Position numbers and translations under genes: made by a program. A DNA stretch of 64,000 bases from Clostridia bacterium (GTDB taxonomy: Bacteria; Bacillota; Clostridia; TANB77; CAG-508): contig CAADUZ010000024.1 in the NCBI GenBank assembly GCA_900752335.1, positions 2,200-66,199 of the forward strand, in the 5' to 3' direction. Of the stretch, positions 38,684 through 47,738 are shown piece by piece; within the stretch, counting starts at the first letter, position 1, and each line of letters starts with the position of its first letter. Below the pieces are notes generated by a model that searched no databases, was not told where the DNA came from, and saw only the letters and a program-made list of their open reading frames with translations.

Positions 38684-39639
38684 TTGCTTTCCTCCTTCAA
38701 ATGTTTAATACCTATTAAACTTATGCTTCGGTCTTTTTCTATTAGCAATGTTCTTTCAATTATGTTCATTCTGTATAAGCTTTGCAAAATAGGGTTTTGC
38801 ATTATGTCTTCCATGCTTCCGCCATGTGCTGTAAATATTCCTTTTACCCCTGACGTTGTAGCATATTTTATAGCTTCTATGTCCTCTTTTGTGCCTATTT
38901 CGTCTGCTGCAATAACTTCTGGTGCCATTGCTCTTACAAGCATTTTCATTCCTTTTTCTTTGCTAATATTATTTAAAATATCTGTTCTTTCCCCTAAATC
39001 GTTCTGTGGCACACCTTTATACATTGCAGCAATTTCTCCTCTTTCGTCCACCACCCCTACATGAAGTCCTTTAAAATTTATTTTTTCAAGTCCATTGCTT
39101 ATGCTTCTTACAATATCTCGTAGTAAAGTGGTTTTTCCTCTCCCTGGTGGCGAAAGTATAATTGTGCTATGTATTGTATTTTCATGTGCATTTACTATAT
39201 ATGGCAAAGCCATGCTGCTGCAGCCTAGTATTTGCCTTGCAATTCTAAAATTTAAACTATATATGTATGATATATTTATCACTTGTCCATCTTTTACTAC
39301 TACTTCTCCTGTTATTCCTACTCTATGCCCACCTTTTATTGTTATATAGCCATTGCAAATTTGACTTTGATATGTATAAATTGAATTATCACAAATTCGT
39401 TGCAAAATCTCCAATACTTCATTTGTATTTACAATATAGTCTACTTTTATTTCCTTTAAACTTGTCCTTAATAATATATGTCTGTTTATGTATACATGTA
39501 TTTCTTGCGTTTGATTTAAAAAATTTGCATATTCTATTAACTTTTCTTTAATTCTTCTTGGAAAGTAATCCAAAATTTCTATTATACTCTTATCCATGTT
39601 TTTCCTTTGCTTATGTATATTAATAAAAAAATACAACAT
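38680..39639 (-). CDS. spoIIIAA: stage III sporulation protein AA (ATPase)
   Basis: GYITIKGGHRVGITG, Walker A PPGRGKTTLLRD, VVDERGEIA; strong match to SpoIIIAA. Real start probably MDKSIIE. Confidence 0.9.
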   Translation of the reverse strand: MLYFFINIHKQRKNMDKSIIEILDYFPRRIKEKLIEYANFLNQTQEIHVYINRHILLRTSLKEIKVDYIVNTNEVLEILQRICDNSIYTYQSQICNGYITIKGGHRVGITGEVVVKDGQVINISYIYSLNFRIARQILGCSSMALPYIVNAHENTIHSTIILSPPGRGKTTLLRDIVRSISNGLEKINFKGLHVGVVDERGEIAAMYKGVPQNDLGERTDILNNISKEKGMKMLVRAMAPEVIAADEIGTKEDIEAIKYATTSGVKGIFTAHGGSMEDIMQNPILQSLYRMNIIERTLLIEKDRSISLIGIKHLKEESK

Positions 39640-39704
39640 ATATTAATATATATGCTGTACTTTTTTATTTTAGAACTATTTTTTAGTTTAAATTATACTT
39701 CTCC

Positions 39705-41273
39705 CTATAAACCTATTGAAGTTTCTGGAATATTTGACGGCCTATAATCATTTGGATCTACTGTAGTTTCTGTATTCTGGTCTGCAATCATATTATTCAC
39801 ATATGACTCTATTTCATCTACTTGTTCTTGCTCTTCTTGTAACGCGTCTTCATATTCTTGTTGTGTTTGTTCTACTGAATCTAATAAGCTAATTGTTGAT
39901 ATATGTGAAGGTGTCACAATCCATGTTAATAAAGGATTTCCATATTGCATATTGTAACCTATTGCTGTCATTTGCTCTGTATTTATTTGAGCTATTCTAG
40001 CTCCAACCTGTGTTATAAGAGGTATTATTTGCTGTGCTGAATAATTGTTTAATATTGCTGCATTTGCTGTAGTTATTGGCTCTATATCAACATTTCCAAA
40101 ACTTACAGTATTTTCATATGCATATGTTATATCATATTCATTTTCGTATTTTACATTCATTTCGTAACTTTCTGCTACTGCATTAGTATTTAATCCTGAC
40201 AGATTTATTATTAATCCTATTTCTTCACCGTTTGCAGCGTTTGATACAGAGAGTTTATATGCTACTGCATTTTCTGTTTCCTCTTTTTCTATGTTAAATA
40301 CAATATCTTCACTTTCTATATTGATTTTATTTGTTTTTCTATCATTTTGGGTAATATTTACTTTTAAAGTACCGTCTTCCCAATCTTGTTCAGTCACGTA
40401 GTCTATCTCGTCTTGTATATCTTCAGAATTTATTACATAACTTTCGTCATATTCCTCGGCATATAATTCTTCCATTATTTCATTTATTTTGTTTATCATA
40501 GTTTGATCTCTTCTTAATGTTTCTAGAAGATTTATATATATTTGCTTTATTTCTGCACTTGTTAATGTTAAAGTATATGTTACAGAGCCATCTGCATTTT
40601 CTGTTTTAGAAAATTTTTCTTCTGCTAAATTATTGTATATTGGTAAAATGTATTCTGTCTGGATATGTGTTTTTTCTTTCTCTGTTAAATTTAAACTTTC
40701 TAACTTACTTGAAGTTTCTATTTTGTTTGGTATGCTTTCTACATTTTCCATTCCAAATTTTTGTGCAAATTCTTTTAAATTGTTATTTTCTATGGCTAAA
40801 TATGTTTCTGAAACGCTATCTGCTTGCACACCATATATATCTCCATATTTTTTAAAGTTAAATGGTAATTTTACTGTGTCTGAATAATTTATTGATATAT
40901 TTTGCTCTATTTTATTATTTACATTATCCACTTTTCCTGAAAATGTTATATTTGTGTTATTTCCTGCCTCTACCGCCCTGTTATATGCTTGCAATTCATA
41001 ATTAGTAGATATGTCTTTTAGTATGTTTACATTAGCAGTTATTTTCCCATTTGTTGTATATGTTGTTGCTTCTTTTTTTGAAAAATATGTATTTACAGAG
41101 TTTGTAATAAAGCCTTCTTCTTTATCTCCAAGTTGCATAACATATTTTCCAAATCCCTGTTTTTCTGAAAGTAATAAATCTGTACAAAAGAATATATATG
41201 CAAATATTCCTCCTGCTATAATTAAAACTAGAAGTATAACAATTATTGTGATTATAATACCTTTTTTCTTCAT
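39705..41273 (-). CDS. hypothetical N-terminally anchored extracytoplasmic protein
   Basis: 522 aa; single N-terminal TM; acidic Gln/Glu-rich C-terminus; no recognisable domain. Confidence 0.4.
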   Translation of the reverse strand: MKKKGIIITIIVILLVLIIAGGIFAYIFFCTDLLLSEKQGFGKYVMQLGDKEEGFITNSVNTYFSKKEATTYTTNGKITANVNILKDISTNYELQAYNRAVEAGNNTNITFSGKVDNVNNKIEQNISINYSDTVKLPFNFKKYGDIYGVQADSVSETYLAIENNNLKEFAQKFGMENVESIPNKIETSSKLESLNLTEKEKTHIQTEYILPIYNNLAEEKFSKTENADGSVTYTLTLTSAEIKQIYINLLETLRRDQTMINKINEIMEELYAEEYDESYVINSEDIQDEIDYVTEQDWEDGTLKVNITQNDRKTNKINIESEDIVFNIEKEETENAVAYKLSVSNAANGEEIGLIINLSGLNTNAVAESYEMNVKYENEYDITYAYENTVSFGNVDIEPITTANAAILNNYSAQQIIPLITQVGARIAQINTEQMTAIGYNMQYGNPLLTWIVTPSHISTISLLDSVEQTQQEYEDALQEEQEQVDEIESYVNNMIADQNTETTVDPNDYRPSNIPETSIGL

Positions 41274-41346
41274 ATGATTTTCCCCTCTCTTATTTTAAAA
41301 GCAGAAGTTAAAATTTCCTTTATGAATTAAAACTTCTGCTTATATC

Positions 41347-42072
41347 TTATTCTTCCCAATTATGATATACGTTCATAACGTCGTCTAAATCTTCTAGATT
41401 GTCTATTAATCTTTGCATTTTTTCTCCATCTTTTTCATCTAACTTAATGTATGTAGATGGAACCATTTGAACTTCTGCTTGTAAAAATTCTAATCCTTGT
41501 GCTTCTAGTGCTTCTCTTACTTTTGCAAAATCTTCTGGAATCGTTGTTATTTCATAACATTCATCTGTTGCTTCAAAATCTTCTGCTCCATTATCTAGCG
41601 CAAGCATCATCATATCGTCTTCTGATAAATCTGTAGTAGTTCTATCTATTACTATTACACCTTTTTTAGAGAATAAATATGATACACAACCTGAAGTTCC
41701 TAGGTTTCCTCCTGACCTATCAAATGCATGTCTTACGTCTGCTGCCGTTCTATTTTTATTATCTGTACTTGCTTCTACTATAACGGCTACACCATTTACA
41801 CCATAACCTTCATATGTAATTTCTTCGTAGTTTTCGTTATTTCCTGCACCTGATGCCTTCTTTATCGCATTGTTTATTGTATCATTTGGCATGTTATTTG
41901 CCTTACATTTTGCTATTACGTCCTTAAGTTTAGAATTACCAGCCGGGTCAGGTCCTCCTTGCTTTACTGCGATTAATAATTCTCTTCCTAGTTTTGTAAA
42001 TATTTTTCCTCTTGCTGCGTCTGCTTTGCCTTTTTTTGCTTGAATATTATGCCATTTGCTGTGTCCTGACAT
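41347..42072 (-). CDS. yebC: YebC/PmpR family DNA-binding transcriptional regulator
   Basis: [31 protein letters not shown] is the canonical YebC N-terminus. Confidence 0.9.
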   Translation of the reverse strand: MSGHSKWHNIQAKKGKADAARGKIFTKLGRELLIAVKQGGPDPAGNSKLKDVIAKCKANNMPNDTINNAIKKASGAGNNENYEEITYEGYGVNGVAVIVEASTDNKNRTAADVRHAFDRSGGNLGTSGCVSYLFSKKGVIVIDRTTTDLSEDDMMMLALDNGAEDFEATDECYEITTIPEDFAKVREALEAQGLEFLQAEVQMVPSTYIKLDEKDGEKMQRLIDNLEDLDDVMNVYHNWEE

Positions 42073-42281
42073 GGTTAATTCCTCCTTTTTTATTTTAATT
42101 CTTATACAGTAAATATTTTACCATATTTACTGTATTTTGTGTAGTATTTTTTATAAATATTTTTTTGCCTTAAATTTAAAAGTAAATTCCAGAAAAAAGA
42201 AAAAAGGAATTTACTTTTGGTCAAAAGCTTGATTAAAATGTGTATCTGCTATAAAATATATCATATGTTCTCCTTTTCTGC

Positions 42282-43136
42282 TTAAACAGTTAAAATTTCT
42301 ATGTCTAAACTTGAAATAAATTCTTTTATTTCTTTTATGATTTCTTCAAACTTAATATCATTTGCATATTTATTCTTTTTAGCATACCCATTCCATAAAC
42401 TTACAATTCTATCATATGAAGATATACTATCTAAAATCTGTTCATAATCTTTTAAGTAGTCAAGCGATTCTCTTTTATCAAATGTATTTTTTATTGATAG
42501 TTTTAAATTCTTAATATCAATATTATCCTTAAATTTTTTTAAAAACATATGTACATCGTAGTAATCTTTCATTCTGCTATTGTATTGTCCTCTTCTTAAA
42601 ATAGTTTCAATTTTTTCTGATATTATTGTTTCAACATTATATGTATAAATTAATATCTTTTTATCTTCAAATAATGATGGATAACTATAATCCAACTCTT
42701 TTGGTACAACTTTATCTCCTGTAGAAATATCAATATCTAAATTAATTTTAAGATTTTCTAATTTTCCAATTAAATGATATTTATTCCCACCATATTCATC
42801 TTCTTCTCTTATATCAGTTATATCAACCAACTCAAATTTTACTCCGTCTTTTAAATCAATATTTAATATTTCGTTTAAAACTTTTACCATCTGCTCTTTG
42901 GAAATATCTAGTCCTTTGATTGTTGTATCCATATCTCTTGTAGTTCTATTATTGATTCCAAATAGTGCTGATAACAATAGACCACCTTTTAATATAAAAT
43001 TTTCTTGATATTTTGAAACTGAAATTCTTTCTAAAATTCTCTCAAACATAAATCTTTGTAACAATTCATAATGATTTAGTTGATATTTTCTCTCTAGTTC
43101 TTTTGATTTTTGTTTAAGTGCTTTATATCTTATCAC
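42282..43136 (-). CDS. AbiEii/AbiGii-family nucleotidyltransferase toxin (type IV TA / abortive infection)
   Basis: 284 aa; DUF1814-like NTase with FILKGGLLLSALFG…RTTRDMD. 4-bp overlap with the upstream antitoxin gene. Confidence 0.65.
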   Translation of the reverse strand: MIRYKALKQKSKELERKYQLNHYELLQRFMFERILERISVSKYQENFILKGGLLLSALFGINNRTTRDMDTTIKGLDISKEQMVKVLNEILNIDLKDGVKFELVDITDIREEDEYGGNKYHLIGKLENLKINLDIDISTGDKVVPKELDYSYPSLFEDKKILIYTYNVETIISEKIETILRRGQYNSRMKDYYDVHMFLKKFKDNIDIKNLKLSIKNTFDKRESLDYLKDYEQILDSISSYDRIVSLWNGYAKKNKYANDIKFEEIIKEIKEFISSLDIEILTV

Positions 43137-43726
43137 TTCATTAAAACCTCCATTATAGTAGTTAGTTTTTCATATACATTAAATATTCTAGCATATTCAT
43201 CTAATAGTTTTAAATTTTTATTTTTTAAATTAAAATAACTTTTCAAAATTTTATTGTATAACTCTATATCATACTCATCTTGTTTTTTTAGCATATCACA
43301 TATACATCTTTCTAAATTATATACAATTATAGGATTACCATATGGACTTGTTATAGTAATTTTACCTATATTTAACTTTTCTTTAGATACATAGTGAATT
43401 TTTACATTTTCTCTAATTTTTTTATGAGAATATGTAGTAACATCAAGTTCATATGGTGCTCTTTCACTAATTCCCAACAAGTGGAACGCAGTATTATATG
43501 AATAAATAATATTGTTGTAACGTTTTTGTAAAATATAGTATTCATCTTCAATTAATTTATTGTCAATGTATAAACCTCTTGATACTCTTCTAATTATTCC
43601 ATTTTTTATTAATTCTGGAATATATATTCTTTGAATTCCATTTTGTTCTATTTCTCTAGATGTTATATAACCATTATTTCCTTTTAAAAATTTTTCTATT
43701 TTTTTTATATTCATATTAACCCCCAT
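43133..43726 (-). CDS. AbiEi-family antitoxin / transcriptional regulator
   Basis: 197 aa; N-terminal wHTH (GYITSREIEQNGIQRIYIPELIKNGIIRRVSRGLY) typical of AbiEi_4; overlaps the toxin gene. Confidence 0.6.
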   Translation of the reverse strand: MGVNMNIKKIEKFLKGNNGYITSREIEQNGIQRIYIPELIKNGIIRRVSRGLYIDNKLIEDEYYILQKRYNNIIYSYNTAFHLLGISERAPYELDVTTYSHKKIRENVKIHYVSKEKLNIGKITITSPYGNPIIVYNLERCICDMLKKQDEYDIELYNKILKSYFNLKNKNLKLLDEYARIFNVYEKLTTIMEVLMK

Positions 43727-43807
43727 TACAAACGTACTACAATTTTATCATATTGTTGTACGTTTGTAAATATTATGTTTAAAATTTAATATATATTAAT
43801 ATCTTTG

Positions 43808-44005
43808 TTAATCTTCGCTATAATCAGTAACAATTTTATATATTCTCATTCCATATATATTATAGTAGGCTTTATAACTAGTTGTAACTGTTTTATCATT
43901 TTTATAATCCACGTGCATAACCCCTTCATTTCTTATTGGAACTAATATACTTATTAGAATAAATATTAAAATAACTATCACAATAACATAATTTTTCTTT
44001 TTCAT
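43808..44005 (-). CDS. small membrane protein
   Basis: 65 aa, one TM helix. Confidence 0.35.
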   Translation of the reverse strand: MKKKNYVIVIVILIFILISILVPIRNEGVMHVDYKNDKTVTTSYKAYYNIYGMRIYKIVTDYSED

Positions 44006-44045
44006 TATTTACCTCCTCTTCAACTTACTATTTGTTTTTTTCCAA

Positions 44046-44303
44046 TTAGATTCTACCATTTTGTCTTTCTAAAACTATTTTTGCATATGAACACTCGGCT
44101 ACTAGCTTTTTGTTCTTTTCCTTTGCATTTTCTATAATACATTCTACTAATTTTTTTGCTATTCCTTGTCCTTGATATGCATCATTCACTTCTGTATGAA
44201 TAATGTTCCAAGTATCTTCGTTTTCTATGAAATCACATTCACCAATTTGCTTATCAGCGTCATATGCAACTGATTTATTTTCTTTAAAACTTATTTTTAT
44301 CAT
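44046..44303 (-). CDS. small GNAT-like N-acetyltransferase (YjdJ-type)
   Basis: 85 aa; QGQGIAKKLVE acetyl-CoA binding motif. Confidence 0.6.
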   Translation of the reverse strand: MIKISFKENKSVAYDADKQIGECDFIENEDTWNIIHTEVNDAYQGQGIAKKLVECIIENAKEKNKKLVAECSYAKIVLERQNGRI

Positions 44304-44481
44304 ACTTCACCTCGTTTTAAATAAACTTTTATCTGTCTTGCTATATGTATAAATGCTATTTTCATTATAATATCATAAAAATAAAAATTACTCTATACTT
44401 TGGTATAAAGTAATTTTGAAATTGTAATTTATTATCTTTCCATTCGTGATATAATATATCTTTTAAAACCATATATATGTT

Positions 44482-45156
44482 CTATTCTTCTTTATTTTTA
44501 TATAGTCTATATGCAATTTTATAAGATACAAAATACATAACTATTGTACTTATAATTAGTATCCATACTCCAAATTTATTTATAAAACTATTTACTATTT
44601 CCATATCCACATTGATATTTGTTTTATTTATCAGAAAGTATATTCCCCCAAGTATAGCAACTATAATAAGCACTAATATAAACATTTGGATTCTTCCTTT
44701 TTCTGCTCCCCATTTGTACATACTAGGAATTTGAACAGCTTGCAAGAAAGATATTGCAAAGATACCTCCCATTGTTGATATAATTAAACTTTGATAATCA
44801 AGATTTATTATATTTTCTGGTCTTATATAATTCATAATATTTACAACAATTATAGTTAGTACCATTCCTAATATTCCACCTAGTATTGCTGCACCTATCG
44901 CTAAAATGTATTTTTCTCTTACTAATTCTTTTCTGTTAGCTGGTAATGTTAAAATATATCTATTAGATTTAGATATTTCATCATAACTAAAAGTAGATAA
45001 TGAAATCATTCCTACTATTCCACAAATTATAGCTGGTGCAATAGTAATAGCCTCTGTTCCTATTATTGCAATTCCACAAAATAAAATTATTATAATTAGT
45101 GAAACCTTATATGTAGCTAAATTATATAAATCTTTTTTCAATAATCCTTTTATCAT
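44482..45156 (-). CDS. ABC-2 family transporter permease
   Basis: 224 aa, 6 TM helices; directly downstream of the ABC ATPase. Confidence 0.6.
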   Translation of the reverse strand: MIKGLLKKDLYNLATYKVSLIIIILFCGIAIIGTEAITIAPAIICGIVGMISLSTFSYDEISKSNRYILTLPANRKELVREKYILAIGAAILGGILGMVLTIIVVNIMNYIRPENIINLDYQSLIISTMGGIFAISFLQAVQIPSMYKWGAEKGRIQMFILVLIIVAILGGIYFLINKTNINVDMEIVNSFINKFGVWILIISTIVMYFVSYKIAYRLYKNKEE

Positions 45157-45158
45157 AA

Positions 45159-46016
45159 TTATTTTTCCCCCTTAATGTAGAATAACATTATATCTTCAAT
45201 AGATGGCTTATCAATAGTTGTAATATTATATTTACTTCTTATTTTGTTCTTATCATCTGTTAATACTTCATATTGATACTTTTCTTTTTTATAAGCAATA
45301 TAATCTTTTTCGTCTAACTTTTCAAAGTCATCTTTACTACATTTTACTATTCCATAGTTTTCAAGCAATTCATTTGTTGGCAAATCAAAAACAATTTTTC
45401 CTTTTTCGATAAAAACAATATAATCTGATATATGCTCCAAATCTGTTGTAATATGCGTTGATAATAATATTGACCTTGTTTCATCTTCTTCTATATATTT
45501 TCTAAATATGTCTAATATCTCATTCCTTACAACTGGATCAAGGCCACTTGTTGGCTCATCTAATATTAAAAGTTTTGGATTATGAGATATTGCTGTTGCA
45601 ATTTTTAGTTTCATTTTCATACCACTTGAAAAATCTTTTATTAGTTTATTTGTTGGTAAATTAAATTGTTTTAAAAGATTTATATATTTATTTTCATTCC
45701 AAGTTTTGAAAAAATCCTTCATAATAGAATTAACTTGCTTTGCAGTTAGATATTCTGATAAAAAGCTATCATCTAACACAACACCTATTTCTTCTTTAAT
45801 CTCTTTTTCGTCGTTTTTGCTATCTTTTCCAAATATCTTAACTGTTCCTTCAGATTTAGTAATATTTAGTATTGATTTGATTGTAGTAGTTTTACCTGCT
45901 CCATTTTCTCCTATTAGCCCTACAATGCAACCTTGTGGAACATTGAAAGAAATATTTTTAAGTTCAAAATCTTTATATTTCTTTGAAACATTTTGTAATT
46001 CAATATTATTATCCAT
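45159..46016 (-). CDS. ABC transporter ATP-binding protein
   Basis: GENGAGKTT, SSGMKMKL signature, LILDEPTSGLD. Confidence 0.85.
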   Translation of the reverse strand: MDNNIELQNVSKKYKDFELKNISFNVPQGCIVGLIGENGAGKTTTIKSILNITKSEGTVKIFGKDSKNDEKEIKEEIGVVLDDSFLSEYLTAKQVNSIMKDFFKTWNENKYINLLKQFNLPTNKLIKDFSSGMKMKLKIATAISHNPKLLILDEPTSGLDPVVRNEILDIFRKYIEEDETRSILLSTHITTDLEHISDYIVFIEKGKIVFDLPTNELLENYGIVKCSKDDFEKLDEKDYIAYKKEKYQYEVLTDDKNKIRSKYNITTIDKPSIEDIMLFYIKGEK

Positions 46017-46017
46017 C

Positions 46018-46395
46018 CTAAACTTCCTCCTTAAAAATCATCTTAAACAATTCTTTTATTTCGTCTTCCGAAATGTTGGCTATTTTTGAAATATTATAAA
46101 TCTTTTCTATATAGTCCTGAATTTCTTTTAATTTTTCTTCTTTTATTATTTCTAAATTTTTTGGTGCAACAAAACTTCCCTTTCCTTGCACTGTTTTTAT
46201 AAAGCCTTCTGCTTCCAACTCGTCATAAGCTTTTTTTACTGTAAGGAAACTTATTTTTAAATCATTTGCTAAATTTCTAACTGAAGGCAACATTTCTTCT
46301 TCTTTTAATTCGTTTGAAATTATAGCATTTTTAATAGCATTTTTTATTTGTTCATAAATTGGTACACTACTATTATTACTTATTATTATATTCAT
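46018..46395 (-). CDS. GntR family transcriptional regulator (YtrA subfamily)
   Basis: 125 aa; LPSVRNLANDLKISFLTVKKAYDELE wHTH; heads the GntR-ABC operon. Confidence 0.85.
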   Translation of the reverse strand: MNIIISNNSSVPIYEQIKNAIKNAIISNELKEEEMLPSVRNLANDLKISFLTVKKAYDELEAEGFIKTVQGKGSFVAPKNLEIIKEEKLKEIQDYIEKIYNISKIANISEDEIKELFKMIFKEEV

Positions 46396-46574
46396 AGCTT
46401 TCCCCCTTACTGTTATTTGCTGTTATGTTTAAAGTATAACACTTTATAACATTTTGTCAATAGATTTCTCTAAAAATTTTTATACACAAAAAAAGAATCA
46501 CTATTTGAAGCTACCCAAATCTCACCATTTTTGGTAGCTTCAATTTCTAATGATTCTCTTGAGAATAGATAATT

Positions 46575-47645
46575 TTAATCCATATTTTCATACAACGGTA
46601 TTACAAAATTTAAGTTAGAATCTACGGTATTCGAAGCTTCATATATTTCTTTCATATTTGTTGCTTCAGATTCTGGTGCAAACAAATTTTGCATATACTG
46701 GTTAGTATATAATTCTCCATCTTTGTTTACAACGTCAAATTTTTGCAAGTATAAAGTGTTTTGCCCCTCATCTATATATCCATTTTTCACAAAGTCTACT
46801 CCACCTATTAATGCTTTCTCAATACTGTCCCATCCTTGATTATATGCATATTCGGCTGCATTTTGCAAAATTTCTTCCGTAGAATTTCCTGTCGCTGATA
46901 TATTAAATGGGTTATATACTGTAGTTCCATTATATTCATATCCTCGTGACATTACCGTTCCTTCTCTGCCTTGTTCTTGTATTAGTCTTGAGGTTATGAA
47001 ATATGGATCTACATTAGCATTTTTTCCTGCTTGTAGTAATGCTTCTGCAGTGCTATCTCCTTCTAAAAACGAGCCTTCTGTAAGTGTTTTTATTCCTTCT
47101 ACCGTATGTGCTCCATCTGTATATTTTAATTCCATAAATTGAAATATATTATCTTCATTTAAGATATTGCGTGGGTCCATTTTGCTTTTTATTGCTATGT
47201 CTGATGCACAAAGCCATGAACCATTATCATATCTTCTATTTCCACATATATTGCATATCCATCCTTCTGGGTATTCGTAATAATCCGGTATTAGATTTAA
47301 TGGATTCGTTCTAAATGCTGAATGTCCTTCGTTTTTTATTACTTCATTCCAGTCAAGCTTTGTATAAAATAATGTAAATGTCCAGTTTGGGTGTTTTTCT
47401 TGTAATTCGTCAATTAATTCTTTATAACCTGGATATTTTTCTTCGTCTAAATTTTCTCCTGTATATATTTCATATTTTTGCCTAATTTTTTCAGCTTTTA
47501 TTAATTTTATTATAGAATTTACTATCAATGAAATTATAATTACTAATAATATTATTACAGCTAAAATTACGCATATAAGTCTGGTTTTGTTTTTTGTTGG
47601 CATTGTTTTTATAGTACTTATCACTTTTTTTATTTTTTCTAACAT
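46575..47645 (-). CDS. putative membrane-anchored peptidoglycan hydrolase (glucosaminidase-like)
   Basis: Preferred start is the ATG at 47645 (RBS AAAGGAG). The 47681 ATG lies inside an inverted repeat. Signal anchor, then a domain with weak GH73-like features. Confidence 0.4.
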   Translation of the reverse strand: MLEKIKKVISTIKTMPTKNKTRLICVILAVIILLVIIISLIVNSIIKLIKAEKIRQKYEIYTGENLDEEKYPGYKELIDELQEKHPNWTFTLFYTKLDWNEVIKNEGHSAFRTNPLNLIPDYYEYPEGWICNICGNRRYDNGSWLCASDIAIKSKMDPRNILNEDNIFQFMELKYTDGAHTVEGIKTLTEGSFLEGDSTAEALLQAGKNANVDPYFITSRLIQEQGREGTVMSRGYEYNGTTVYNPFNISATGNSTEEILQNAAEYAYNQGWDSIEKALIGGVDFVKNGYIDEGQNTLYLQKFDVVNKDGELYTNQYMQNLFAPESEATNMKEIYEASNTVDSNLNFVIPLYENMD

Positions 47646-47658
47646 TTTTTGCTCCTTT

Positions 47659-47738
47659 GAGAAATTAGGGACAGGTCCCATTTTCCCATTTTTGAGTTTA
47701 ACTGGAAATGAGAATTTGAGACCTGTCCCTAATTTCTC
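47659..47738. repeat. 19-bp perfect inverted repeat with 42-bp spacer, overlapping the pbp1A stop codon
   Basis: gagaaattagggacaggtc … gacctgtccctaatttctc. The loop contains aaatgggaaaatgggacctgtccc (minus-strand reading), which recurs at 63541. Confidence 0.7.
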
